Positions 8,947 to 19,223 of a stretch of 64,000 nucleotides of DNA are shown here, piece by piece. The first letter of the stretch is position 1; every line of letters begins with the position of its first letter. The DNA is taken from contig JBKQIR010000013.1 in the NCBI GenBank assembly GCA_052148275.1, forward strand, positions 17,446 to 81,445. Reading direction: 5' to 3'. The position numbers were made by a program, and so were the translations under genes. The stretch is from Solirubrobacteraceae bacterium (GTDB lineage Bacteria > Actinomycetota > Thermoleophilia > Solirubrobacterales > Solirubrobacteraceae). Below the pieces are notes generated by a model that worked only from the letters and a program-made list of their open reading frames with translations, was not told the DNA's origin and made no database searches.

Positions 8947-9600
8947 TCAGCGCGGGTCCTCGCGATCGACGTTCCAGAAGCGCAGCACCTCCGCCCGGAC
9001 CAGTCCGGCCTCGTCGTCCGCGCCGTCCAGCGAGCGCGACAGCCCGAAGCGCGCGATCGCCCGCTGGCCGCCCTCGTGGTCGCTGTAGAGGAGGTCGACG
9101 AGCACGCGCTCGTGTCTGCTGATCGACCGGCGCAGAGGTTCGAGCTCGGGGTCCGCGGCGTCGCGGACGGCGCCCTGCCAGAAGCCGGGCGACCCGGCGG
9201 GGATGTAGAGGTCGCGTTGCTGGCGGCGGACGTTCGCGGGGTCCGGAGGCGGGTCGGCGCTCGCGCTCCCGGACAGGAAGCGCAGGTGCCAGCCGTGGAT
9301 CACGGCGAGCCCTGAGCCGCCGTTGCGCAGCGCGATCGCCATGTAGACGTGGCCGTCGCGGATCTCCGCGGCGCACCCATGGCCCGATACGCGCAACACG
9401 ACGTCGTCCCCGAAGCGGATCAGCTCGGGCGGATCGTCCTCGCGCGAGGGGATCAGGATCGGGCGCTGGTTGGCGAGCAGCGAACGCTCGGCGACGCGCG
9501 CCGAGCGGCCGGCGGAGCGCACCGAGCTGAAGGTCGCGACCGCCAGGATGAGCGTCCCGCCTGCCGTCGCCATTGATGAGATCGTGCTCCAGTCCGTCAT
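8947..9600 (-). CDS. Hypothetical protein with one N-terminal TM helix
   Basis: ATG at 9600 overlaps the upstream AKR stop (ATGA). MTDWSTISSMATAGGTLILAVATF is hydrophobic and is followed by a soluble domain. Confidence 0.7.
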   Translation of the reverse strand: MTDWSTISSMATAGGTLILAVATFSSVRSAGRSARVAERSLLANQRPILIPSREDDPPELIRFGDDVVLRVSGHGCAAEIRDGHVYMAIALRNGGSGLAVIHGWHLRFLSGSASADPPPDPANVRRQQRDLYIPAGSPGFWQGAVRDAADPELEPLRRSISRHERVLVDLLYSDHEGGQRAIARFGLSRSLDGADDEAGLVRAEVLRFWNVDREDPR

Positions 9601-10595
9601 CCCGGCCGGGGCGTTCCCGGTACCTCGATCCCCGAGATCGCGTGCGGCACGTACGGCTCCTCGAGCCGTGCGCTCTCCTCCTCGCTGAGCGACAGCTGCT
9701 GCGCGGCGAGCGCGTCCTCGATGTGCTCGAGCTTCGTCGCGCCGACGATCGGGGCGCTCACGCCGGGCTTGTGCAGCACCCACGCCAGCGCGACGCGGGC
9801 GCTCGCCTCACCTCGCTGACCCGCGACCTCGGCGAGCCGGTCGACGACCGCGAAGTCGAGATCGAGCCGGGGGTAGAGCGAGTCGCCGAACTTGTCCGTG
9901 TTCGCCCGCGTCGTGTGCCGGAGTCCCTCGCGCGTGCGGTTGCCGGCGAGGATCCCGCGCGCGAGCGGGCTCCACGGGATCACGCCGACGCTCTCCTCGA
10001 CGCACAGCGGGATCATCTCGCGCTCCTCCTCGCGATAGATGAGGTTGTAGTGGTTCTGCATCGAGATGAACGACGTGATCGCAAGCGACTGCGCCTTGGC
10101 GAACTGCCAGGCGAACATGCTGCTGGCGCCGATGTAGCGGGCCTTGCCCGCCCGCACGACGTCGTGCAGCGCGTCCATCGTCTCCTCGATCGGCGTGCGC
10201 GGATCCCAGCGATGGATCTGGTACAGGTCGACGTAGTCCACCCCGAGGCGAGCCAGCGAGGCGTCGATCGATGCGAGGATGTGCTTGCGGGAGAGGCCGC
10301 GGCCGTTCTCCCCGGGCATCGTCTGCCCGTGCACCTTGGTCGCGAGCACGTACTCCTCGCGCGTCCCGAACAGCTCGCGCAGCAGCCGGCCGGTGATCAC
10401 TTCGCTCTCGCCGCCGTTGTACACGTCGGCGGTGTCGAAGAACGTGACGCCGCCCTCGACTGCGCGCTGCACGATCGGGCGCGCCGCCTCCTCGTCCAGG
10501 GCCCACGGGCGGCTTGCGTGCGGTCCGTAGCTCATCATCCCCATGCAGATGCGCGAGACGCGCAGGCCGCTTGCGCCAAGGTTCACGTAGTCCAT
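9597..10595 (-). CDS. Aldo/keto reductase (YajO / aryl-alcohol dehydrogenase-like)
   Basis: LGASGLRVSRICMGMMSYG, FFDTADVY, VLATK, DLYQIHRWD, PWSPLARG. Confidence 0.95.
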   Translation of the reverse strand: MDYVNLGASGLRVSRICMGMMSYGPHASRPWALDEEAARPIVQRAVEGGVTFFDTADVYNGGESEVITGRLLRELFGTREEYVLATKVHGQTMPGENGRGLSRKHILASIDASLARLGVDYVDLYQIHRWDPRTPIEETMDALHDVVRAGKARYIGASSMFAWQFAKAQSLAITSFISMQNHYNLIYREEEREMIPLCVEESVGVIPWSPLARGILAGNRTREGLRHTTRANTDKFGDSLYPRLDLDFAVVDRLAEVAGQRGEASARVALAWVLHKPGVSAPIVGATKLEHIEDALAAQQLSLSEEESARLEEPYVPHAISGIEVPGTPRPG

Positions 10596-10611
10596 GCCGC
10601 TCCTTCCGGTG

Positions 10612-11475
10612 TCAGGCGCCGATGGCGCTGAGCGTGTCGAACTGCTCGTCGGTGAGCGTCAGCCCGGCCGCCGCGAGGTTGTCCTCCAGGTGCACGACCG
10701 ACGAGGTCCCCGGAATCGGGAGCATCACCGGCGAGCGCCTGAGCAGCCAGGCGAGCGCGAGCTGCGCGGGGGTCGCGTCGAGCTCCTGCGCGGTCCGATC
10801 GAGCGGACCGCCGGCGCCGGCAAGCTTGCCGGTCGCCAGCGGGAACCACGGGATGAAGCCGATGCCGTGCTCCTGGCAGTGGTCCAGCAGCGCCTCGGAC
10901 GAGCGGTTGGAGAGGTTGTAGAGGTTCTGCACGCTCGCGATCGTCGCGGTCTTCTGCGCCTCCTGCAGCTCCGCCACGCCCACCTCCGAGAGGCCGATGT
11001 GGTGGATCTTGCCCTCCTGCTGGAGCTCGACGAGCTCGCCGAGCTGCTCGGCGAGCGGCACCTTCGGGTCGATGCGGTGCAGCTGGTAGAGGTCGATCTG
11101 CTCCAGCCCGAGGTGACGCAGACTGAGATGGCACTGCTGGCGCAAGTACTCAGGGCGCCCGAGTGGCGCCCAGATGCGAGGGCCGTGGCGCGTCAGTCCG
11201 GCCTTCGTGGCGATCACGAGCTCCTCTGGGTACGGATGCAGCGCCTTCCTGATGAGCTCCTCCGAGACGAACGGCCCGTAGGAGTCGGCGGTGTCGATGA
11301 AGGTGACGCCGAGCTCGACGGCGCGCCGCAGGACGCGGATCGCCTCCTGCGGGTCGGCGGGGTCTCCCCACACGCCCCTGCCAGTGAGCTGCATGGCGCC
11401 GAACCCGAGCCGGTTGACGGTCGTCTCGCCACCGATCTCGAAGGTTCCGGAGGCGGACACGAGGCTGGTTGTCAT
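10612..11475 (-). CDS. Aldo/keto reductase (pyridoxal reductase / YdbC-like)
   Basis: [46 protein letters not shown]. Confidence 0.95.
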   Translation of the reverse strand: MTTSLVSASGTFEIGGETTVNRLGFGAMQLTGRGVWGDPADPQEAIRVLRRAVELGVTFIDTADSYGPFVSEELIRKALHPYPEELVIATKAGLTRHGPRIWAPLGRPEYLRQQCHLSLRHLGLEQIDLYQLHRIDPKVPLAEQLGELVELQQEGKIHHIGLSEVGVAELQEAQKTATIASVQNLYNLSNRSSEALLDHCQEHGIGFIPWFPLATGKLAGAGGPLDRTAQELDATPAQLALAWLLRRSPVMLPIPGTSSVVHLEDNLAAAGLTLTDEQFDTLSAIGA

Positions 11476-11493
11476 GACGGATCGCTCCTTTCT

Positions 11494-12483
11494 TCAGTGG
11501 TTCAGCGACGCCATCCCGGCGGCGTCGTAGCGCTCGCCGGCCGCCCTCGGTAGCTCGGCGTCGATCCGCGCGAGGTCCTCGGCGCTCAGCTCCACGTCGA
11601 CCGCGGCGGCGTTCTGCTCCAGATAGGTGCGGCGCTTGGTGCCGGGGATCGGCACGAGATCCTCTCCCTGCGCGAGCACCCACGCGAGCGCCAGCTGTGC
11701 CGGCGTGATGTCCTTCTCCTTCGCGATCTCCGCGACCTTGGCGGCGAGCTTCAGGTTCGCGTCGAGGTTCTCGCCCGTGAAGCGCGGGCCGCCCCGGCGG
11801 AAGTCGTTCTCGTCGAGCTCGTCGGGCGAGCTGAAGCGCCCGGAGAGGAAGCCGCGCCCGAGCGGCGAGTAGGGGACGAACGCGATCTCGAGCTCGCGGC
11901 AGGTCGGCAGCACCTCGTCCTCCGGGTCGCGCGTCCACAGCGAGTACTCGGTCTGCACCGCGGCGATCGGGTGCACGGCGTGCGCGCGGCGGATCGTCTC
12001 GGGCGCCGCCTCGCTGAGCCCGATGTGCAGCACCTTGCCGGCCGCGACGAGCTCGGCCATCGCGCCGACCGTCTCCTCGATCGGGACGTTGGGGTCGACA
12101 CGGTGCTGGTAGTAGAGGTCGACGTGGTCGGTCCCCAGGCGCCGGAGCGAGCCGTCGATCGAGCTGCGCACGTGCTCGGCGGAGCCGTCCAGCGGGCCGA
12201 GCGTCGAGAGGTCGCCGGGTACGGCGTTGTCCATCCGGCGCGCGAACTTCGTCGCGATCACGAACGCGTCGCGGTGCCCCTTGATCGCGCGGGCGATCAG
12301 CTCCTCGTTGGTCAGCGGCCCGTACAGCTGGGCGGTGTCGAGGAAGTTGATGCCGAGCTCGAGCGCCCGCTGAATCGTCGCGATCGACTCAGCTTCGTCG
12401 CTCGAGCCGTAGAAGGCGGACATCCCCATGCACCCGAGGCCGAGCGCTGATACCTCGAGCGAGCCGAGTTTCCTGGTCTTCAT
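11494..12483 (-). CDS. Aldo/keto reductase (AKR13-like)
   Basis: [48 protein letters not shown]. Start estimated at ATG 12483. Confidence 0.95.
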   Translation of the reverse strand: MKTRKLGSLEVSALGLGCMGMSAFYGSSDEAESIATIQRALELGINFLDTAQLYGPLTNEELIARAIKGHRDAFVIATKFARRMDNAVPGDLSTLGPLDGSAEHVRSSIDGSLRRLGTDHVDLYYQHRVDPNVPIEETVGAMAELVAAGKVLHIGLSEAAPETIRRAHAVHPIAAVQTEYSLWTRDPEDEVLPTCRELEIAFVPYSPLGRGFLSGRFSSPDELDENDFRRGGPRFTGENLDANLKLAAKVAEIAKEKDITPAQLALAWVLAQGEDLVPIPGTKRRTYLEQNAAAVDVELSAEDLARIDAELPRAAGERYDAAGMASLNH

Positions 12484-12630
12484 CCCTGCTCCCATTCGTT
12501 CGATTACAGCCAGCCCCGCTGGAGCGGCAACTACATTCGATTATCGCGGGGTCGATGGTCCGTTCGGCGCATCAGGCGCGGCACGGCGTGTATGAGGGCG
12601 CCATGCATAGGTCGTATACTCGCGCGCTCC

Positions 12631-13782
12631 ATGACCCGCACGGAGACATCGAACCCCTTCCGCTTCTCCGCCCCGCTCGAGCGCGCTGATGACCTCGTCG
12701 GTCGCGACGCGGAGCTGGCGGCGCTCGAGCGCCTCGCGCGCGCCGGCACCTACACGCTGCTGGAAGCGCCGCGGCGCTACGGCAAGACGAGCCTGCTGAA
12801 GGCTGCCGCGCTGCGCTGGCGCGAGCCGGGCAACGCCCTCGCGGTATGGGTCGACTACTCGGCGGTGCTGACGATCGACGAGGCGGCCCGGCGGCTCGAG
12901 GACGCGTACGTGGACCCCCGCGCGCACGGCGGCCTGAGCGACCTGCTGCGCGAGCTGGTGGCGAGCGTGCGCCTTCGCCTCGGGCCGCTCGAGCTCGCAC
13001 CCCAGCGCGGCGGCACGCCGCCCGAGCTCGATCCGGCGGCATCGATGCACCGGCTGCTGGAGATCCCGGTCGAGGTCGCGCACCGCACCGGTCACCGTGC
13101 GCTCGTGACCTTCGACGAGTTCCAGGACGTCCTCAGCGTCCCCGGCCTCGACGGCCTCATGCGATCCCACATCCAGCACCACGCCGAGCACGTCACCTAT
13201 GTGTTCGCGGGCTCAGAGCCGACGATGCTCACCGCCCTGTTCGCGGATCGCGCGCGGCCGCTGTACGGCCAGGCGAAGCCGATGGCGCTGCCGCCGATCG
13301 CCCCCGACCTGCTGGCGGACTCGATCGCGCGGCGCTTCGAGCATACGGGACGCTCCGCGGGGGAGGGCGGGCAAGCGGTCGCGAGCTTGGGAGCCGGGCA
13401 TCCGCAGCGCACGATGCTGCTCGCTTGGCAGCTGTGGGAGCTGACGCCGCCGGGGGAGGTGGCGACGCTCGAGCTCGCGCACGAGGCGCTCGCGCAGGTG
13501 ATCGCGGATCGCCGGCCGGAGCTCGACGCGACCTGGCGCGCGCTCAGCACCGTCGAGCAGCGGGTCGCGGTCGCCGTTGCGCATGGCCTGGCGCCGAGCG
13601 GGTCGAGAGCGCAGCGCGCGACCGGAATCCGCAACCGCTCGGCCGCCGGCCAGGCGGCGAACTCGCTCGTCGCCGCCGGCCAGATGCGACGCGACTCCGA
13701 CGGGCACGTGGCGCTCGTCGATCCGCTGTTCGCCAGCTACCTGCGCAACCGCCACCCGCTCCCTGTGGGATCCTGGCCGTAG
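12631..13782 (+). CDS. Stand-alone P-loop ATPase (archaeal-ATPase / STAND-like)
   Basis: LVGRDAEL, Walker A APRRYGKTS, Walker B LVTFDEFQ, FAGSE, and a C-terminal winged-helix-like end with DPLFASYL. Confidence 0.85.
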   Translation: MTRTETSNPFRFSAPLERADDLVGRDAELAALERLARAGTYTLLEAPRRYGKTSLLKAAALRWREPGNALAVWVDYSAVLTIDEAARRLEDAYVDPRAHGGLSDLLRELVASVRLRLGPLELAPQRGGTPPELDPAASMHRLLEIPVEVAHRTGHRALVTFDEFQDVLSVPGLDGLMRSHIQHHAEHVTYVFAGSEPTMLTALFADRARPLYGQAKPMALPPIAPDLLADSIARRFEHTGRSAGEGGQAVASLGAGHPQRTMLLAWQLWELTPPGEVATLELAHEALAQVIADRRPELDATWRALSTVEQRVAVAVAHGLAPSGSRAQRATGIRNRSAAGQAANSLVAAGQMRRDSDGHVALVDPLFASYLRNRHPLPVGSWP

Positions 13783-13850
13783 GCGCCGTCGGATCCGGGC
13801 CGCAGCCGGGGACATAACAAATCAGACCGAGTTCGGATAGGTTTCCGACT

Positions 13851-13898
13851 GTGAGCACCCAAGCCCCGGCACCTGTGAGCACCCAGGCTCCAGCACCA
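13851..13898 (+). repeat. 24-bp tandem duplication at the gene start (STQAPAP x2)
   Basis: gtgagcacccaagccccggcacct / gtgagcacccaggctccagcacca. Confidence 0.85.
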
Positions 13899-14660
13899 CC
13901 CGCCCGCCGGGTTGGAGAGACCTCCAGACGAGACAGGTGGTGGGTCGCGCCGCTGCTCACCGGGATCGGCCTCTCCCTGTTCGGCGTCTACTCGATCGTC
14001 GTCGGGGCGATGGGCTCCGACTACCGTTACACGAAGGGTGGCGCGAACTACCTCTCGCCGTTCTACTCGCCCGACCTGAAGAGCTTCGGGCTGCACATCA
14101 CCTTCACGTACGCGTTCTTCGTGATGTGGGTCCCGCTCGGCTTCCGGCTGACCTGCTACTACTACCGCAAGGCCTACTACCGCGCGTTCTTCCTCGCCCC
14201 TCCCGGATGCGCCGTCGCCGGCTTCAAGCGCCGCAAGTACAGCGGCGAGACGAAGTTCCCGTTCACGCTGATGAACTTCCACCGCTTCTTCCTGTACCTC
14301 GCGACGATCGTGCTCGGCTTCCTCTGGTACGACGCGGTGCGCGCCTTCTTCTTCAAGAGCGCCGACGGCTCGCTCAGCTTCGGCGTCGGCCTCGGCTCGC
14401 TGGTGATGCTCGTCAACGTGATCTTCCTTTCCTTCTTCACGTTCGGCTGCAACTCGCTGCGCCATCTGATCGGCGGCAAGCTCGACTGTTTCACGAATAC
14501 GGCGGCCGCGAAGGCGCGCCACGGGCTCTGGCGGCGGGTCACGATGTTCAACCACCACCACATGGCGATGGCGTGGATCAGCCTCGCGACGGTCGGCCTC
14601 ACCGACCTGTACATCCGGCTGGCGTCCGCCGGCGTCTTCACCGACCCCAAGATCTTCTGA
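13851..14660 (+). CDS. Succinate dehydrogenase membrane anchor subunit, mycobacterial Sdh1 (Rv0249c)-type
   Basis: YLSPFYSP, FRLTCYYYRKAYYRAF, MNFHRFF, five TM helices; lies directly upstream of sdhA/sdhB. Confidence 0.85.
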   Translation: MSTQAPAPVSTQAPAPPARRVGETSRRDRWWVAPLLTGIGLSLFGVYSIVVGAMGSDYRYTKGGANYLSPFYSPDLKSFGLHITFTYAFFVMWVPLGFRLTCYYYRKAYYRAFFLAPPGCAVAGFKRRKYSGETKFPFTLMNFHRFFLYLATIVLGFLWYDAVRAFFFKSADGSLSFGVGLGSLVMLVNVIFLSFFTFGCNSLRHLIGGKLDCFTNTAAAKARHGLWRRVTMFNHHHMAMAWISLATVGLTDLYIRLASAGVFTDPKIF

Positions 14661-14714
14661 GCATGAGCGACGGAGAGGTCGAATTGAGGATTGCCGTGGA
14701 GAGGATCGCCTGAG

Positions 14715-16463
14715 ATGGTGGTGGAGCATCGGGAGGTAGAGCGCCACGACTACGACGTGATCGTGATCGGCGCAGGTGGCGCCGGCATGCGCGCGGCGAT
14801 CGCCGCCGCCGACGCCGGCGCGCGGACGGGCCTGATCTGCCGTTCACTGCTCGGCAAGGCGCACACGGTGATGGCCGAGGGTGGCGTGGCGGCGTCGTTC
14901 GGCAACGTCGACCACGACGACAGCTGGCGCGTGCACTTCCAGGACACGATGTTCGGCGCCAAGTGGGTCAACAACTGGCGCATGGCCGAGCTGCACGCGA
15001 AGGAGGCGACCGACCGCGTCCGCGAGCTCGAGGAGTGGGGCGCCGTCTTCGACCGCACGCCTGACCGCCGGATGTCGCAGCGGTCGTTCGGGGGTCACAG
15101 CTTCAAGCGGCTGGTTCACATCGGCGACCGGACGGGACTCGAGCTGATCCGCACCCTGCAGGACAAGGCGGTGCACACGACCGGCATCGACGTGTTCATG
15201 GAGTGCACGATCACGCGGCTGATCAAGGATGGCGACCGGGTATGCGGGGCGTTCGGCTACCGGCGCGCGAACGGGGCGTTCATCGTCTTCGCGGCGCCCT
15301 CGATCGTGCTCGCAACGGGCGGCGCCGGACGCTGCTGGCAGATCACGTCGAACTCGTGGGAGGGCATGGGCGACGGTCAGGCGCTCGCCTACGAGGCGGG
15401 CGCGGAGCTGCTCGACATGGAGTTCGTGCAGTTCCACCCGACGGGGATGGTCTTTCCGATCGGCGTCCGTGGCCTGCTCGTGACCGAAGCCGTGCGCGGG
15501 GAGGGCGGGATCCTGCGCAACAACGAGGGTGAGCGCTTCATGGAGCGCTATGACCCCAAGCGCCTCGAGCTCTCGACCCGCGATGTCGTCGCCCGATCGA
15601 TCTACACCGAGGTGAAGGAGGGCCGGGGTACGCCCCACGGCGGCGTGTTCCTCGACGTCACGCACCTGCCCGGCGACTTCGTCAAGCGCAAGCTGCCGAG
15701 CATGTACGACCAGTTCTACGAGCTGGCGGGCGTCGACATCACGAAGGCGCCGATGGAGGTGGGGCCGACCTGCCACTACATGATGGGCGGTGTGCGCGTC
15801 GACGCCGAGACGGGAGCGAGCATCGTCCCCGGGCTGTTCGCCACCGGCGAGTGCTCAGGTGGGATGAACGGCGCCAACCGGCTCGGCGGTAACTCCCTCT
15901 CGGACATCCTCGTGTTCGGCAAGCGCGCGGGCGACGGGGCCGCGATCGCGGCCGGCACGGCGCCCAAGCCACAGCTCGGCGCCGACGAGCTCGATCAGGC
16001 GGCCACCGAGATGATGAGCTACTTCGGGGGCTCCGGCGGGGAGGATCCGTTCGCGCTGCGCTCCGACCTACAGGCCACGATGCAGATGGACGTCGGCATC
16101 TTCCGCGAGCAGGACGGCTTGGAGTCTGCGCTGAAGGCGCTCGACGCGTTCGACGAGCGCGTCAAGAAGGTCCGCTCCCCGTCGAGCACGACCGTGTACA
16201 ACCCGGGCTGGCACCTCTGCCGCGACCTGCGCAACATGATGATCGTCGCGCGCGCCGCGGCGACGGCGGCGCTGCAGCGCAAGGAGAGCCGCGGTGCTCA
16301 CAGCCGGCTCGATTTTCCCGCCTACGATGAATACTGGGAGCAGCACAACGTCATCCTCCACGACGAGGGCGGGGAGATGACGTTCGAGCATCGGCCCGTC
16401 CAGAAGTCCGAGGAGCTCCGCGAGCTCGTCGAGCAGCGCCAGGCAGCCGAGCGCGCGCCATGA
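14715..16463 (+). CDS. sdhA: Succinate dehydrogenase / fumarate reductase flavoprotein subunit
   Basis: VIGAGGAG (FAD binding), KAHTVMAEGG (covalent FAD His), QFHPTG, EAVRGEGG, HYMMGG, GANRLGGNSL, RKESRGAH. Confidence 0.95.
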   Translation: MVVEHREVERHDYDVIVIGAGGAGMRAAIAAADAGARTGLICRSLLGKAHTVMAEGGVAASFGNVDHDDSWRVHFQDTMFGAKWVNNWRMAELHAKEATDRVRELEEWGAVFDRTPDRRMSQRSFGGHSFKRLVHIGDRTGLELIRTLQDKAVHTTGIDVFMECTITRLIKDGDRVCGAFGYRRANGAFIVFAAPSIVLATGGAGRCWQITSNSWEGMGDGQALAYEAGAELLDMEFVQFHPTGMVFPIGVRGLLVTEAVRGEGGILRNNEGERFMERYDPKRLELSTRDVVARSIYTEVKEGRGTPHGGVFLDVTHLPGDFVKRKLPSMYDQFYELAGVDITKAPMEVGPTCHYMMGGVRVDAETGASIVPGLFATGECSGGMNGANRLGGNSLSDILVFGKRAGDGAAIAAGTAPKPQLGADELDQAATEMMSYFGGSGGEDPFALRSDLQATMQMDVGIFREQDGLESALKALDAFDERVKKVRSPSSTTVYNPGWHLCRDLRNMMIVARAAATAALQRKESRGAHSRLDFPAYDEYWEQHNVILHDEGGEMTFEHRPVQKSEELRELVEQRQAAERAP

Positions 16464-16500
16464 CCATGAAGTCCACACGACAGGTGCCGAGGAGCGAACG

Positions 16501-17223
16501 ATGAGCAAACGCACGCTCGAGATCTGGCGGGGCGACGCCACCGGCGGCGAGCTCGTCTCCTACGAGGTCGAGGCCGAGGAGGGCATGGTCGTCCTCGATG
16601 CCGTGCTGGAGATCCAGGCCAGCCAGGCGCCGGACATGGCCGTGCGCTGGAACTGCAAGGCCGCCAAGTGCGGATCGTGCTCCGCGGAGATCAACGGCAA
16701 GCCGCGGCTGATGTGCAAGACGCCGATTCACCACCTGCCCGAGGACGCGCCGATCACCGTCCAGCCGCTGCAGACGTTCCCGCTGATCCGCGATCTCGTC
16801 ACCGACGTCTCCTGGAACTACACGGTCAACAAGCGAATCCCGCCGTTCACGCCGAGGTCCGACACCGACTGGTTGATCGGCCAGGAGGACGTCGACCGAC
16901 CGGCCGAGTTCCGCAAGTGCATCGAGTGCTTCCTCTGCCAGGACGTGTGCCACATCCTGCGTGAGCAAAAGCTCCAGGACGAGTACTTCGGGCCTCGCTT
17001 CCTGGTGCGGATCGCGAGCCTCGAGATGCACTCGATCGATGACCTCAATCGCCTCGACCTCGCAGCGGACGAGGGCGGCCTCGGCCTGTGCAACATCACC
17101 AAGTGCTGCACCGAGGTCTGCCCCGAGGGGATCCACATCACCGACAACGCGATCATCCCCCTCAAGGAACGCTACGTCGACCAGCACTACGACCCGTTCT
17201 TCAAGCTGTTCCGCAGGAAGTAA
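16501..17223 (+). CDS. sdhB: Succinate dehydrogenase iron-sulfur subunit
   Basis: CKAAKCGSC...C (2Fe-2S), CIECFLCQDVC and CNITKCCTEVCP clusters. Confidence 0.95.
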   Translation: MSKRTLEIWRGDATGGELVSYEVEAEEGMVVLDAVLEIQASQAPDMAVRWNCKAAKCGSCSAEINGKPRLMCKTPIHHLPEDAPITVQPLQTFPLIRDLVTDVSWNYTVNKRIPPFTPRSDTDWLIGQEDVDRPAEFRKCIECFLCQDVCHILREQKLQDEYFGPRFLVRIASLEMHSIDDLNRLDLAADEGGLGLCNITKCCTEVCPEGIHITDNAIIPLKERYVDQHYDPFFKLFRRK

Positions 17224-17263
17224 CACCCCCTGGCCCCACGGCCCCGTGAGCGCCACGTAGGCT

Positions 17264-18268
17264 GTGGCGGGCATGCCGACACGGGACCATACGGCGCTGG
17301 CGGTGCATCTGAGCGCAGAGGGCGCGAACCGCGGCGTGGATGGGACGCCCGCGGTTGCAGTATTCGGGCCCGACCCGCTGCTGAGCGTGACGATCGAGGT
17401 GCGCGGTGAACGCGACGACGTCCACGTGCATGCTGCTGGGCAGGGCGTCTGGCTGGCGCGGATGGCGGGCGAGCTCGGCGCCTGGCCGATCCTCTGCTGC
17501 CTGGCCGGCGGGGAGACCGGGCTGGTCCTGACCCGCCTGCTGGAGCGGCTGCCGGGCGAGCGGCGCGTGGTCGGCACCGGCGGCGCGAGCGGCAGCTACG
17601 TCGTCGACCGTCGCGGCGGCGAGCGCCGCCTGATCGCGAGCGCGCTGCGGCCGCCGCCGCAGCGCCACGAGCTCGACGATCTCGTCTCCGCCACCTACGC
17701 CGCCGCGATCCGCAGCGCGGCCCTGGTGATCTGCAACCCGTTCCCGCCGGAGGGGCTCCCGCGCGAGGTCTACGAGACGATCGCCGCCGACGTCCGCGCC
17801 GCCGGTGTGCCGATCCTCGTCGACCTTTCGAGCCCTCGGCTGGACTGGACCCTGGGCTCCCGCCCCGACCTCGTCAAGTTCAACGACTGGGAGCTCGCCG
17901 AGTACGTGCAGGGTCCCGTCGACGGGCCGCGCCTGCAGCGCGCGGCCCGCCGCGTGTGCGACGCCGGCGCCCGTGCGGTGGCCGTCACCCGCGCCGGGGC
18001 GCCCGTCGCGGTCGTGCCCTGCGACGCGGAGCCGTTCGAGATCGTGCCGCCCTTGCTCCCGCATGGCCACGGCGAGGGATGCGGCGACTCGATGATGGGC
18101 GCGATCGCGGCCGCCTGGGCGCGCGGCCTTCCGCTGCGCGAGTCACTCGTCCTCGGGGTCGCCGCGGGCACCGCGAACTACCTGCGCCACGGCCTCGGCA
18201 CGGGCCGGCGCGAGGTCGTCGAGGAGCTCGCGCGTCGAATCACCACGCGTCCGCTCGCCGGAGGGTGA
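17264..18268 (+). CDS. PfkB family carbohydrate kinase (1-phosphofructokinase-like)
   Basis: AAGQGVWLARM, DLVKFNDWELAE, GEGCGDSMMGA (PfkB anion-hole motif). Confidence 0.85.
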   Translation: MAGMPTRDHTALAVHLSAEGANRGVDGTPAVAVFGPDPLLSVTIEVRGERDDVHVHAAGQGVWLARMAGELGAWPILCCLAGGETGLVLTRLLERLPGERRVVGTGGASGSYVVDRRGGERRLIASALRPPPQRHELDDLVSATYAAAIRSAALVICNPFPPEGLPREVYETIAADVRAAGVPILVDLSSPRLDWTLGSRPDLVKFNDWELAEYVQGPVDGPRLQRAARRVCDAGARAVAVTRAGAPVAVVPCDAEPFEIVPPLLPHGHGEGCGDSMMGAIAAAWARGLPLRESLVLGVAAGTANYLRHGLGTGRREVVEELARRITTRPLAGG

Positions 18269-18319
18269 CAAAGCGGAGCCCCGTTTGACCCGACGATCGA
18301 ACAGAGGCGGGGAGCGGCT

Positions 18320-19081
18320 CTAAGGTCCGGGCCCGGCGTCGATGGTCGCGCTCACGTCCGCCTGGCGCGGTTGGCTGCCGAACGCGGTCAGAACCCACGT
18401 TGCGCCGGCAGCCGCCCAGGGGGTGACGTCTGCGCCGGGCGAAAGGTCGACGACCACGTCGAACCCCGGCGCGTCCGCAGGGCGCAGCGCGCGGATCTGC
18501 TCGGCGTAGCTCGCGAGCGCGCCGGGGTCCGGGAGATCGATCGGGAACAGGCCATCCCAACGCGCCGCACGCTGCAGCGGGCGGCGGTTCGGCCAGCGTG
18601 CGGCAACCCATATCGGGATCCGCGGCCTCTGCACAGGGGCGGGCTCGAACTCGCCGCCCCACAGGGCGGCGAGCCGCTCCAACCCCTCATCCAGCAACCG
18701 TGCGCGCTCCCGCGGGTCGGTAACCTCGCCGAACGGCTCGAGCTCGCGGTTGCCCTCGACGCCCAGCCCGACCCCGAGCGTCAGCCGGCCGCGGCTGAGA
18801 TGGTCGAGCGTCACCGACTCGCGCGCGAGCTTCTGGACGCGGCGGCGGGAAAGCGGCGTGACCAGCGGCCCGAGACGCAGCCGCTCGGTGGCGCAGGCGA
18901 TCGCGGCGAGCGACACCCACGGGTCCGCGAGGGCGCGCACCGGCTCGCGATAGGCGACGTGGTCCCACAGGAAGAAGCCGTCCCAGCCACGATCCTCGGC
19001 GCGCCGGGCCAGGTCGGCCAGCAGGTGGGGGTCGACCAGCTCGTCGAACGGCGCCACGAAGATGCCCCGTTTGACGTCCAC
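18320..19081 (-). CDS. LLM class flavin-dependent oxidoreductase
   Basis: AEDRGWDGFFLWDH, DPWVSLAAIA..T.RLRLGPLVTP, TLDHLSRGRLTLGVG. Start estimated at GTG 19081. Confidence 0.9.
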   Translation of the reverse strand: MDVKRGIFVAPFDELVDPHLLADLARRAEDRGWDGFFLWDHVAYREPVRALADPWVSLAAIACATERLRLGPLVTPLSRRRVQKLARESVTLDHLSRGRLTLGVGLGVEGNRELEPFGEVTDPRERARLLDEGLERLAALWGGEFEPAPVQRPRIPIWVAARWPNRRPLQRAARWDGLFPIDLPDPGALASYAEQIRALRPADAPGFDVVVDLSPGADVTPWAAAGATWVLTAFGSQPRQADVSATIDAGPGP

Positions 19082-19223
19082 CGACGCGACTCTACCCGGC
19101 GTCCGGCCGCTGCGCCGCTCATCGCGGAGCCGGCGGGCGTGAAGGTCATCCGACCGGTTCGAGGACCCGTGCGCCACAATCGGTGAGCGGCGCGAGCCGC
19201 AGTGACCGAACAAGGAGCTTGTA

